Assembly (NCBI GenBank): GCA_965153455.1
Contig: OZ234493.1
Span: forward strand, 29,316,213-29,380,212
DNA from: Sphagnum compactum
Taxonomy: Eukaryota
Direction: 5' to 3'
Length of the DNA stretch: 64,000 bases
Under the pieces are notes generated by a model. That model worked only from the letters and a program-made list of their open reading frames with translations, had not been told where the DNA came from and did not search any database. Below are positions 1-12,420 of this stretch, one piece after another (the stretch's first letter is position 1; every line of letters begins with the position of its first letter). The position numbers were made by a program, and so were the translations under genes.

Positions 1-29
1 AAAGAAAGTAAAACACTTTTAAAGTTTTG

Positions 30-570
30 AGTTATTATTATTATTATTGGAATTTTATTTTAAAACACAAGATTTGACATAAAGTCGAGTATAATTCCAA
101 TTGATGATTATTATGGAATGGAAATGTTATCCGGAATCATGGACAGAAAAAAAGAAAGACAAAAAAACTGAATTCCAATGCATAACATCACCTATCACAT
201 GTATGGAATGTCCCCAAGCTATTATTATTCAGAATTTTAGAAAAAAGACACATGATCTGACATAAAATCTGGTAGAATTCCAGTTGATGATTATTATGGC
301 GTGGAAATGTAAACCAGGTAGGCAATATCTTGGACCACAAATAACTGAACTTTTCCAATGCATAATGTCACCTGTCACTTGCTGAGTTCATATTATTATT
401 GATTATTCCGAATTTGTTTTAAAACAGAGGATTTGACATAAAAAAGTCTGGTAGAATTCCAGTCGATGATTATTATGGCGTGGAAATGTTATCTAGGTAG
501 GTTGGCATCTATCTGGGACGACAGAACAACTGAAATTTTTCTCATGCATAACGTCGCCGACGTTGGAATG
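30..570. repeat. Three diverged ~180-bp tandem units upstream of the DUF4057 gene
   Basis: GAT(T/C)TGACATAAA..GAATTCCAGTTGATGATTATTATGGCGTGGAAATGT-like block recurs at 71, 254 and 430 (periods 183 and 176). The AACTGAA..ATGCATAA block also recurs three times. Confidence 0.85.
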
Positions 571-1081
571 TTGTGGAATGGTAGTGTGGAATGTCCCGGG
601 GAAGCACACACTGGGCCTGACGACGGTTTGCTTTTGCTTTGCTGCAGTTGCCGTTTCGTGCGCTTCTCTTGTTGTTGTTGTTGTTGTTGTGTTGTCGCGA
701 GTCCTGGGCCGAGAAGTAAGCAAGCTGTTTGGGTTCCATCTCCGGCACAGAATTGTTTCCTGCTTCTGCTGCTGTGGGTCTCTTTGTTTTTCCGCATTTG
801 AAGATCGGAAGCAAACTGTACAGTTTGTGATTCCAAAGATACCCACTGCTGAAGAAGTGATCACCCCAAGGCAACGAGAGAAAGCCACATTTGCCTTGAC
901 CTTGGAGCAAGACATTGTCAAAAGCCTTTTCTTGGCTTGCACTCTCAGAAACACATTCTTCAAGCAAAAGAGAAGAGAAGAGAACAGAAGGGAAGAGAAC
1001 AGAAGAGAAAAAGAAACATAAAGAGAACAGAACAGAACAGAAAGAGAAAAGAAAAAGCAAGTGCAGGTAGAAGCTGTGATC

Positions 1082-2182
1082 ATGTCTTCTGTTGCAAATG
1101 GGATGACGCCAAGCGGCAGGAGAGGAGCAACACCAACAGTAGGAGGAGCGACGACATTCGACCTCTTCAGTTGGTCAGAGGCTCGCCCTGCAGCAGCCCC
1201 AGTAGTAAGTATTTCTGATAGCAACAACAACAATGCCTCCTGTTTGTCTGCTGCGGCCGATCCCAGCATCCGCATGTTGCAGCAACCTGCAGGGGGAATC
1301 AGCAGCATCATATTTGGTGACCACATCTCGGCAGAAGAAGCTGATGCATTGCTCAAGAGAAGACCAGGTTCGGATTCCAAGAAAAGAGAAATGCACGGGA
1401 GTGGTGGTATTTTTTTTCCTGCTGCTGGATGTCATGGTCATGGTCATGGTGGTGATGGTGAGCCTGGCAATGGTACAACACCAGCGCTAGACAACAGAAC
1501 AAGTGTACGATACTCTCATCATCAGGCAGCTGCTGCTGGTGTCAGCCAGATCTCCTTTGGTGGGGAGAATTGTGAATCACCCAAGAAGGCAGTTTATACA
1601 GAAAACGCAAAACAGAAAGAGCTGAGTGGAACAGTGCAGACCACAGATGATCTTGCAGGGCGCCGAGTGAACTCCAATGCCAAAGCGAAAGAATTGGTGG
1701 GTAGCAATATTTTTGGTCCTCCTCCATCTCCAGGGAGACCCAAACCATGTCGAGCTTCTTTAGAGTTCAAAAGGGAAGGAGGAGGAGCACCACCACCTGA
1801 AGAAGCAGCAGCACCACCTCCTCGAAATGTCCATACGTCTGTAAAAGTCTCCAATCCTGCAGGTGGTAAATGCCAAATCTCTTTTGGTCCCAAAGATGAG
1901 TCTGATTCTTCTGTTGTTGCTCGAAAGTCGCATGATCATAAGAACGCAGAGCTTTGGGGAAATGACATCTTCAGTGAAAAAGAGAATGGTGATGCTGCTT
2001 CTGTACTAGCATCATCATCATCATCATCACACAAGAATCTCCATCACCATCATCCCAGTCAGGCAAAACTCAAGGAACTTTCTGGCAGTGATATCTTCTC
2101 TGATGACAAGCCTGTGGCTCGAGATTTTATTGGTGGAATTAGAAAACCACCTGGTGGTGGAAGCACCATTTCCCTTCACTAG
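1082..2182 (+). CDS. DUF4057-family protein (At4g39860-like), intronless, 366 aa
   Basis: Open frame from ATG 1082 (the track starts at GTG 1061) to TAG 2180-2182. Family motifs: DLFSWSE, QPAGGISSI, SQISFG, AKQKELSG, PRNVHTSVKVSNPAGG, AKLKELSGSDIF and C-terminal RKPPGGGSTISL. Confidence 0.9.
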   Translation: MSSVANGMTPSGRRGATPTVGGATTFDLFSWSEARPAAAPVVSISDSNNNNASCLSAAADPSIRMLQQPAGGISSIIFGDHISAEEADALLKRRPGSDSKKREMHGSGGIFFPAAGCHGHGHGGDGEPGNGTTPALDNRTSVRYSHHQAAAAGVSQISFGGENCESPKKAVYTENAKQKELSGTVQTTDDLAGRRVNSNAKAKELVGSNIFGPPPSPGRPKPCRASLEFKREGGGAPPPEEAAAPPPRNVHTSVKVSNPAGGKCQISFGPKDESDSSVVARKSHDHKNAELWGNDIFSEKENGDAASVLASSSSSSHKNLHHHHPSQAKLKELSGSDIFSDDKPVARDFIGGIRKPPGGGSTISLH

Positions 2183-3397
2183 ATAGATTGCCCCAAATGC
2201 TCATCTTCTGCAATTGACTGCTTCAATTAGGGGTTTGCAGGAAAAACTCATCTTCTCCTCCTCCTCATCTTCTGCTCATTTTACAAGGTTATGATGAAAT
2301 GGGTTTTTGTGATGCAAAGCTTATGGTCCAGTGTTGCTTCATGGTGCCCCTCAACTCATGGGTAGCTTTGTGGAGAGAGATGGGGAAAAGGCAAAGCCCA
2401 AACAGTGTTATCCCATTACCCCATTTTGGAGTAAAAGTTTTTTTGTGTTCTTTTTTTGGCAACAAAATGTTACAACAAAATATTGTTGTGTCTGACATTT
2501 TGCAGAGGTGATGAAGAAGGGCTGCTGGCTGCATCATATCACAATGCTTGCTGGCTGTTTCATCATGTCGGTGACCCTACTTTGATTTTGGTTTTAGGTA
2601 CGAGAAGCTTCTGTGATGATTGTTCATCCTAAATAATTTCTGCCTGTTCTAGATGATGGCATTCTGAGTGTTTGGGCGGGTCAGACATATTGCAAACGCA
2701 AACAGAGCATGCTGGCAATCTGCAACTCTCTCTCCCCCTCCTGCATAACTTCTCTGCTTTCTTGGCATTTCCTTCCCTCAAAATTGCTCTTCCAGTGTTA
2801 CAGTTCTCAATTCAGCTATTGTGTCAGGTTTGAGAGGAGACATCAGGAGCCAATGCCAATTGATACCACAGATTTTGCGAGGCAATGCATGGCCATGCCA
2901 GTGGGAATGATGCTTCATTGCAATTACCTATTGTCATTTGTTGCACTACGATTCTACAAGCAGTTGGAGGTATTCTGAATTCAAGCATCACATAGAGGTA
3001 GGATCCCACTCTAGCTGAAGCATTGAAGAATACTCCCAATGTCACCAGTAGTGACAAAAATGGTTCCAATGGCAACATGAGGGACAATATGATTGTGCAT
3101 TTCACACAGAAAAGAAATGTGAAGGCTGATGGGTTGCGTGAAAAGAAGGCTGGCAAGAAATGTGAAGACTTGGCAATATGAGAAGGCAATCAGAGTATTT
3201 CCATCAAGTGCAGCAGCAGCTGATGGAAAAGCTCCATTGCCATTAGCAAGAAGTTTAGGGGAAAGAGATTGTGCAAGTCCTGGCCTCAATTTCCACAATT
3301 GAGGAAATTGTCTCTGTAGATGATACATATGATTTGTGATCAGATTGTGAACATAGCAATGCTACATTCTCCTCTAAATTGTTGATGAGTAAAAAAC

Positions 3398-3611
3398 CAG
3401 TGTTGGGTGGTTCTTGGTTAACCTCGGGTTGGCCCCCAGTTCCAATCTTTTTTCCCAAAAAAAAAATTGTTTTCAAAAACTCTAGTTTTGGTTCTAGAAC
3501 TGGTTTTGGTTCCAAAACCGGATCCAAAATTGGATCCAGTTATGGCCGGTTTTTACTAACTAGAATTCGAATCGGTGGTTCTAACCAGCCAAATTGGGTA
3601 ACCGCCCACCA
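3398..3611. mobile_element. hAT-type MITE (CAGTGTTGGG family), right end degenerate
   Basis: Starts CAGTGTTGGGTGGTT and ends AACCGCCCACCA. Internal AACC/GGTT motifs match the other copies, and both flanks are GTAAAA-like. Confidence 0.55.
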
Positions 3612-6571
3612 GTAAAACATTTTTAATTTTATTTTTTGTTGCAATTAGAACTACAATTGCAAGATTCCACAATTTATATCATTGGTAAAGTGTAATAGCA
3701 TTTCCATTAATAGCTATAAACTAGAAAATTTGGATGAAATACAACAGTCAAATTAAATGAATCCAATGGAAAAAACTGCCTTGCGCTTGAAACATGGCCT
3801 TGGAAAAAGGCTTGGAAGAGCATAATAAATAAGAAATGACTATTTGTCACTGTTTTTTTAATCAACCAACCATATAACGATTGGCCCAAATGATAATATT
3901 TAAATAATTTCTAACTTTATTTTGTCCAATTCTTCTTGTTTAGGGGTGAGGAGGCTGAGGATTTTTTAAAAATATTTTGGATGTGAATAAAATCCTAATT
4001 GACCCTCAATTTTAAGGGGTGTGAGTGGAGATGTGGTAAAATGCGTCTCTACCCACTCCCGCTATTTGGGTCCCTCCCAATGTTTACCACATCCAACATA
4101 CAATGTTAATTGTTTCTTTATCCCCACCGATAAGCATGAAAAATTGAACACTATAAATTGAGAGTCTACTTAAACACCTACCACCACCTCTGAGGCCAAT
4201 CATATGGCCTAACAATCAAAATAGTCATTTTCTTGTATTGGCCCTTTCAAAGTTATTGTATGTGTGCATATTTAGAGATTCAAACTCAATTTTACAATAT
4301 TAAAGATTGTACTTTAATTATCAAATTAAAAGTAGTCATTCTCTTTTACTAGTCACTTGGGCTTCGCACTAGTTGCTCCACACTACCAATGGAGATCAAA
4401 CCAACATAAGGTAAAAAATATTGATATATTTTCATTGGTTCATTGAATCCTAAAATATAAAGAAAAATCATAATTATATAGATTATTTCATGAAATAATT
4501 TTCACTTCTATTAATATAAAATTTAAATATCAATTTATTAATTTGTTCATTTACAAGTGGTGAGAAGGATATTTGTAAGGCAGGTGTCCAATTTGCAATT
4601 CCAATCTTTTAACATCAACCAATACTCACAATGTTTATTTATGACGTTAGAAATCGCGTCATGACAATTTGTGTTTATTCAACATGATCTTATGAATTTT
4701 TTTTATTATGTCAATGATTATTTTATTTTATTTGGATAATGTGATGACAATTTTTTATTAACAATGTCTATTCATGATGGTTTCTTGTTGTCATGAGAAT
4801 TTTTGTGCATATTGTGGGTTGTGTGATATTCATGTTGCACTTCATAATTGTTGTTTTTGTGTTACTTAATTGTTTTTGCAAAATATATATTTTGTTATGC
4901 AATGTGATGTGACTTAAATTGAATTCAAATATGTGTGAAAAGGACAAAAACATTCAATTTTCGCATGTGATGATAAGAAAAGACAAATACAAAAGGGTTT
5001 TGGTGTGGAATCATGTTTTAGAATTGTTGTCATCCAAATGGACAAATTATGAAATTTAGAGTTGTTTCCCCTACTAAATCAGTTCTAATGAATCATTGTC
5101 ATGGGAATTTCAAAATCACTATATAAGTCTATATTTTGAGGTTCAAACTTAGTTTCACAATGTTTAAAGATTATACTTGCATCCACAATCTTGTGTACGT
5201 GCCATTTTACGGCTACCATAACAAATGCCCCAAAGCAAACTTTTGGTGAAAATGGAAGAATTGTGGCTAGGCTTGTCGATAGACCTCCTCATACACGGCT
5301 CGCCATCATAGCTCAAATGTCTTTTAACACGATAAGTGCTTGATCAACCTTCATTAGGACCCGTGTTGTTGCCTTGGTTGAGCACTAATCCCTCAATACT
5401 ATAGTATTTTATCTTGTTCAACACTGAAGTGCTGATCTGTTATTTTATTTTAAAAAAATTGACTTTGACAATAAAAATGATATTTTTCCAAATTTTGGGC
5501 TTGATATCATATTAAAATTGTAAATATTGACCAATGACTTATCATTGCACTTAATGTACATCAAATGATGTCATGAAATCATACATAGTGGACAAGTTCT
5601 TCTCATCCTCGCCATTCTTAATAGAAATCATTGGGGATTCGGATTCCAATTAAATCAAAACTTAAGTGATCTTCTCCTCATAATTCTTAATAGCAATCAT
5701 TTGGAATTCCAATTAAATAAAAACTTAAATGATACGTAATATACAGTGAAGTGTTGTTAAGCATAAGTAGATACTAAGGAAGATTTTTTTTTTTAACTGA
5801 TTATTCTAAATACAATTTACATAGGTTATAATAACTTCAACAGCTTTGGCACAACTTATGTTATTAGTAAAAGTGTTCAAATTTTCAAATATGCTTTTGT
5901 GAAGGAAAATTGTGAAATGTTGATAAACATTCTATTTTGGACGTGGAGTTTTCAATTTTAATTAATTGTTTGAGAAATATGTGTCAAATTTGCCCTTGTA
6001 GTGCTCATCTCAAGTTCACAAATTTTTTGTGTGCATCCATCCACTGGAGTTTTTGCCATTTTGCAGATTCTTACTTACACAATGACACAGTTCCTCTACT
6101 TATGTGATTGTGATTGCAAATGGAGGTCACAGTGCATGTTACTTCATCAAACATTCACCATCTCTCAACTTAACAGCCTATGCGGCTTGAAACTGCAAAA
6201 ACTATTGTACATTCAATTACAACTGCAAAATTTTGTAGCAGATTTTTTTCCCCTACATCATCATCATCGTCATGGCCTTTGCTACTTGTTTCCTATTGAT
6301 CAAAGGCAAGAAAGAATCAAAACCTACAAAAGGAGAAGAAAAAAAATTCTACCATCTTTTGAAGTAATGATCTTGTACTCCAAGGAGACCTGCTCTCCTA
6401 TGTAAAGCAAAAGCCCACTAGATACAGACTTGATAAATTGGCAATTGTCTGAGTGGCATGCAGACATTTTGCCATCAAAGCAAGTGAGCTAGAGTTGGTT
6501 GTATTACAGCTGTTGCCTAAGAAGGAGGAATATTCAAAATCCTTACTTGTGGAACCTCCTCTGTAATTCTT

Positions 6572-9500
6572 CTACTTCACTGATGTTGTGTCCACTTCTT
6601 CTGCTTTCCAGACTATGTCTTTTAGGCCCTTTGACAAGTTCTTGTAAAACTGCAACCATGAGAGTAATTCAATGAATACACTACTCAGCCTATTGATCAC
6701 AACATAGCAGCAGCAGCAGTTATCATAGTTTAATTGGCTATTGGTTAAACAAAACTATCTGAGTATTGTTCAATAAATAAATAAATCAGCCTTCATATAC
6801 CATAGAGTATGATTAGTTTAAGATGAATTAAAAGAAATTTAACAGGGGAAAAATTCCAAGGAATAAGTTGGGTTAGCTACTACCATAAAGAAAGTTTGAC
6901 ACATATCAAACTCAGGTCACACAAAACTGTCTCTTATGCTAACCAATAACACCACCCACTGCATAGTTTCTCAGTCCAACTTAATGGTGGGCTTAGTAAT
7001 AGTATCCTTTTCAACTTGAGGAAAGATCTGGCTCTGACATCACTAAGTAGTTCATGTAGAAACAAGGGCATATAAGTGAGATACTTACATTATGGTACTC
7101 AATGGTGTCACCATTGTCCTTTGACATCTCAACCATAAATAGAGATGGTGCAACTCTAAATACCTGCAGTCCAAGAAGGGAAAGTTGATTAGATACTCCA
7201 AAAGGACAAAAAGAACTCAAGTCAGACTTCTCCAGCAGAGAAACTGATTGAACAATAAATTGTACAAACCACTGGCATGTGGGGGATGGGGTATGCCAGT
7301 GGTGAAGGTGCACAAACTGGGATTCTATATTTGCTACCATTCAGAAATCCAGAAAAAAACAGAACCCACCTGTGTGGAGACCGACAGTTGTCCCTTTCGA
7401 CCCTGTTTACCGCCTCGAAGTTTTATATTATGATTTTGTACATGTACATTGAAGCCAAGGGGCCTTGCGGCTTCCTCAATGGTGCTCACTATCTCCTTAG
7501 CAGACTTCTTGCTTGTGAAGCGCACCTCTCCCTTCTCTGAATCCTGTGGCACACAGGATAATACTTGTTACAATTCTGGAACTCTTTCCACAAGTGAGCA
7601 TTTCATATTACTCATTCTGGAGTTGAAAATAGTACTGGAAACCTCTGGGTGAAATACACTAAAGAGAAATGAACAATTGATCCACTTGAAAATGAGAAAT
7701 TGAAGGAGTTTCCAGCCATACCTGTGGTTCCTCAAATAGGCCAGATAGATTCAGTCCAGATGAAAGGGAGATGAGCTCAAATGCATTCATTGTTGCAGGC
7801 TTCATCTCTTTATTCTCCATCACCAGAAATTCCTGGAGTTTGTTAAAGGAAAATGAATGAGTAATTTAAAGTTTCCAAAACCCAAACATCAGGACTTTCC
7901 ATTTATATTCAATAGCAAAGCATATCACAATAACCACCTAACCCTTCTGAATATCAAAAGCACTGACAACTGATGTGTAATTTTGCAGATCAGAAAAGAC
8001 AGCTGAGAGAGAGCTTGAGACTTACTGATGATCCATTAAATACTGCTTGGATATCCTCAAGGGTGACATTCTCCTTCTCTTTGTATTGTGCTGGTTTGTA
8101 GCCCTTCCTGAACCATTCATTTTTGTAGATCTGTGCTGCAGTGAAACGCTGTTACACCCACAAACAATCATGTTCAAAACCAAGTTCCAGAAAGTTTTAA
8201 AATCTGAGGAGAACACCTACCTATTTTTTAAAAGTAACATTATATATATAATAAGATGCAGGCTGAATTTACCTTTCTCAATTTCAGGCCTTTTCCTACA
8301 CATGACATGCTCCTAGTTCTGTTTTCTGCTCTCCACATCTTACACTACATTTCCAGCTTTGAAGACATAACAGAGAGTCCTGAAACTTACTGTTTTTGCA
8401 TTTGGGTCCAAGACTTTGAACAACAGTCTTTTTGCACCTGCTGAGAACCAGGGTGGGCAAGTGAACTCTGCCCTGTATATCTGCAAGTATCACAGAGGAA
8501 TTCTCAGAATACTACTCTTCACTCTGGATTTTCACACATGCATTCCTCTTGTCATAAGATATTCTTACACAGGGCTATGGCCACTGCAACAAAAGGCTTG
8601 TAATGGCAAGGAGTTACAGTTGGTGGAAAATTTCTTACCTTTCTATACAAGTTCAAGAGGTTTGGTTCATCAAAAGGCAAATAGCCGGCCATAAGGACAA
8701 AGAGTATGACACCACATGACCATAGATCTGCAGTTGCCCCATGATAGCCTTTATCAACAATCACCTGCACACAACCAGATACTGCATTTTCAGCACACAT
8801 AGGCTAGTGCCAAGCCTACTCTTTTTGTCTGGAGCCATGAATTTTCTCTCCTACTTTCTCTCAAAGTGGTGGCTTTGGGAGTTATACCTCTGGGGCAACA
8901 TAATTTGGAGTTCCACAAGTGGTGTGCAACAGGCCATCCTCCTGCAAACAAACCTTACTGTCAAAGAGAGTACAAATTGTAAACACTGCACCTGGCATCC
9001 CTAGAAGGGCAAATGCAGTAATTATTGGATGGGTATACTACTGAAGGGTATACATTCAAACAATCAGAAGACACAAAATAAAGGGAGGAAGAAAAGACAC
9101 CCAACAACCAGAATGCACGTGTAGGGGTTGATATAATGCAGATAATACATACCCTCAATTGCTGTGGTAAGGCACTCAGCCCAAAGTCTGAAATTTTCAA
9201 ATTCCCAGCACTGTCAAGGAGCAAATTCTCCGGCTGTCAAAGCAGAGGAAAACAAGAGACTTATAACATTAGAACAGAGATGACGGGGGCCAGGGTAGAA
9301 TTGTCATTTGCTAGTGCAGAGGCCAATGCAGATTACTTGCATACTGTTAAGGGAAAAAAAAACAAAAAAAAACTCAATTGCACAAACTTTAAGGATGCCA
9401 ACAGAGCTGTGTGTAGCACACACCTTGAGATCTCTGTGGTACACTCCACGACTATGGCAATAGTCAACAGCATCTATAAGCTGTTGAAAATATTTCCTTG

Positions 9501-10521
9501 CTTGATCCTCTTTGAGCCGTCCTTGGTGAACCTAACCAACCACCATAAAAATATTTGTTGCTGATCAGCACTTGATGATCCACATATCAAGAGTCATGAC
9601 ATTAGAAAGTACTCCATTTCTTCAACCCAACTGCAAGAATGAACTGCTGTCTATTCACATATCAGAAGGAAGGGGGCTCACAATTCTGCCAAAGAGCTCG
9701 CCACCTTTTGCATACTCCATGACAATGTAGATTTTTGTCTTGCTTGCCATCACCTGCCAGATGCAAATTATCACACAAAGCTTCCGTGTCAAATACCTTT
9801 CCAAAACCAAAGTTGGGACACACAGTGAATCGACTGCAGTTCACACCCAAGTTGCTCTGAAGCTTCCGATTGAATTGATTCGACAGTCTTTCTTTTAACA
9901 AAGGCAAGTTACCAGCAGCACTTCCCAAAGCTGCACACCATAGGCCTTGAGAAACATCATGGGTGGGGTGCTTGACCAGCTTCATTGTAGAAACACGATG
10001 GTTCATGATGGGGTGCAACATGGGTTGAACTGCATTTTCTAGGACCGAACTGTGAAGAGCTTGTGTAAAAACCCTCAGATAGAACAGTAGCTTACCTCTA
10101 GAAGCTGCACGATGTTGGGGTGTTTGACCCGCTTCATTGTAGAAATTTCTCGTTTGATCTGTCCAAAAATACAAAAAAACAAACGCCATTTCAGTCATAT
10201 AGTCAAATTTGCTCCAAATGCACAGCCAAAAAAAAAAACGCTACCTATAAACACTCCTGTTCTTGGTCGCTTTGAATCCAAAGCATAACAGGATGGAATC
10301 TGTTTTCAGAAAAGCAGAGAGAGAGAGAGCCAGGTAAGGCGCGCTACCTGGTCGACCATTTTGTGCTTGAGGATCTTCTCCTTGTCGATGACTTTGATGG
10401 CCACGCTTTCACCAGTCTCCTTGTTCTTGGCGATCTTCACCTTGGCAAAAGTGCCTTCTCCAAGAGTATTACCGAGCTCGTATTTCCCGACCCGCGTGCG
10501 CGGGCTGCTTGTTAGCTCCAT
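6572..10521 (-). CDS. CIPK: CBL-interacting serine/threonine protein kinase (SnRK3), CIPK23-like, 13 coding exons, 442 aa
   Basis: Exons: 10521-10348, 10158-10096, 9753-9682, 9531-9424, 9233-9153, 8941-8888, 8764-8639, 8480-8391, 8148-8026, 7832-7722, 7543-7370, 7163-7089, 6649-6572. All introns are GT-AG and phase 0. Motifs [38 protein letters not shown] domain ([19 protein letters not shown]) and [15 protein letters not shown]. Confidence 0.95.
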
Positions 10522-11499
10522 GGCTGACTTACAGTCTACAGCCCCTGTGGAATGGATTGGTACCTTCTTTTTTCTGTCTGCCTTTCGCTGTGTCGCTCCC
10601 TCCTTTCTCTCTCTCTTACCTTACTTTCACCTTCCTGAGGATTGCGCTCGCTTGATGAGCTCTCTCTTTCTCTCCGCTTCCATATCTCAGCCCTGCTACA
10701 GCATTTCGCAACTTGTCAATAGCTGCTGCTGCTACTACATATTCTACTAAGGCAACACATCGGATCACACTGCACCGAAGAAGATCCATCTTCTTTTTGC
10801 TTGTTCTTCAACAACCGACGAAAGACATCAGGAAGAAGTACAAGGCTCATTATCAAGGTTTTCTACGACAAGAAGAAAGAAGACCAAGACCAAGACGGAA
10901 GAAGACAAGATACTAAGAAGAGCAAGCCGCTACCTGCTTCTTCAAGGAGGATTCCACTCATGCTTTCAAAGTGAAGAGGCAATAACATCGTCCAGGTAAG
11001 CAATCTCGTTCACTCATTGCCACGCTCCCGTTAAACACAGGTAGAAATCTGCTTCTCTACCAGATCGCCTTCCGCTCTCCAACCTCAAAGCCTGTATCTG
11101 TGTTTCTGTATGTCTCTCTCGCGCTCTCCAACAATCACGCGCAGAGCCAGGCCGTCCTTAGACGAAATTCCTTTTTGCTTATCAATGAGGACACTAACAG
11201 CAGGACAATGGACGAGAGAAGGTTGCTCAACGACAAAAAAAGAGAGCAGAGCGGATCGCTTCTTGTACTCTCGAGTACAAGAAAGCTACCGTCGGACGAA
11301 ATCCTGAAACCGCCGCTTCAAACTTGAAGCAAATGGCAGAAGAAAGAAATTGCGACAAATTACGCGTAAAATGAAAACACAAAACAGCTGTAAACAATAA
11401 AAGCGATTTACGACGCGGAACGAATCTCCGTATCTTTCTCGCAATAAAATAGCCGCAAAGATCCGAGAAGCAACGAACGAGAGAGAACAAAGAGGGGGC

Positions 11500-11620
11500 G
11501 GTGTTGCTGCTGCTGCAGAAGAGCCTTGCTTGCGGCAGGTGGCGCGCAGAGAGAGAGCGAGAGAGAGGAAGCGACTGGTTGCAGAGAAAACAGCGGCTGC
11601 TTCTGCGTTATAAAAGGCTG
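11500..11620 (-). promoter_or_regulatory. Putative CIPK core promoter / transcription start region
   Basis: TTTTATAA on the minus strand near 11610, followed in the transcript direction by a CT-repeat tract (11548-11570), within a CpG-rich region. The TSS is inferred, not shown. Confidence 0.35.
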
Positions 11621-11814
11621 GCAAACCAAAGCTGGCAACAATTGGAAACCGAGGCGGGTGACCCGACCAAACTGAGGGATCGCGTTTCCGGCTCCTCGTG
11701 CTGATTCCGTCATTCTCTGAACACTCTGTTTCTCTCTCTCACTCTCTCTCTCTCTCGCGAGCTTGGAGCCTTTTGACAAATACTTCGTAGTCTACGCGAT
11801 TCGTAGACCTTGAG

Positions 11815-12070
11815 AGGTGTATTTTGATAGTGCATTTAATGGTCTACTTTGACTTTGTTGTATAGACTTGGTATCATACTTGGGGTGGGGGATGTATTGA
11901 ATGGTTTACTTTGGTTTTGTTGTTGTAGACTTGGTATTATACGTGGGGGGTGGGGGGTGGGGTGTGTATTTACTTAATGGTCTACTTGATTTATTTATTC
12001 CTATCTACTTAGTGTATTTCATAGTCTACTTTGAGTTTTCTTTTTTCTTTTGTAGATGTGGTATTATTGC
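11815..12070. repeat. Degenerate ~60-bp tandem repeat with G-tracts
   Basis: AATGGTCTACTTTG..TTGTTGTAGACTTGGTAT-like unit recurs 3-4 times, with interspersed G runs. Confidence 0.6.
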
Positions 12071-12129
12071 ATAGTGTGATCATATTAATTAGTTCACAAG
12101 CACCTTTCATCACAACTTTTTTTTTTTTT

Positions 12130-12420
12130 TGGTTTTGGGTTTGAGAAGGAGCCATATTGATTGGGCCATCATCAAATGTTTTTGGAACATTGGGTACTTC
12201 CCAATAGAAGCACCTCTTTGGACCCCAAGTTGTAAAGTACATACAAGTCTGCTCCCCTTTAGCACACCTTCTCAGTTTATATACACAAGAGTTGGGATAA
12301 ACTTTGGGCAAACAATACGGGATTAATCTGAGGTGCTTTTGGGAACGTGTTGGGGGAACAACTTGGAAACCTGGAGAACCCCATGGGAACACATTGGGAA
12401 CAAGGGAAAAAAGAAAAAAA
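12130..12420. repeat. Dispersed non-coding repeat (related copies near 27540-28170 and 39125-39290)
   Basis: GGGAACACATTGGGAAC/GTTCCCAATGTGTTCC links this copy to the 27.5-28.2 kb copy. TTGATTGGGCCATCA/TGGGCCAATCAA-like motifs occur at all three locations. Confidence 0.55.

Noticed and set aside
466..1447. Long overlapping ORFs (e.g. 493-1380 minus, 295 aa)
   Set aside because: They arise from GTT and AGA microsatellites and the antisense of the real CDS. No recognisable domain.
2709..3330. Coding-looking GC-richer segment downstream of the DUF4057 gene
   Set aside because: No recognisable homology or coherent exon chain. It may be 3' UTR or a pseudogene scrap.
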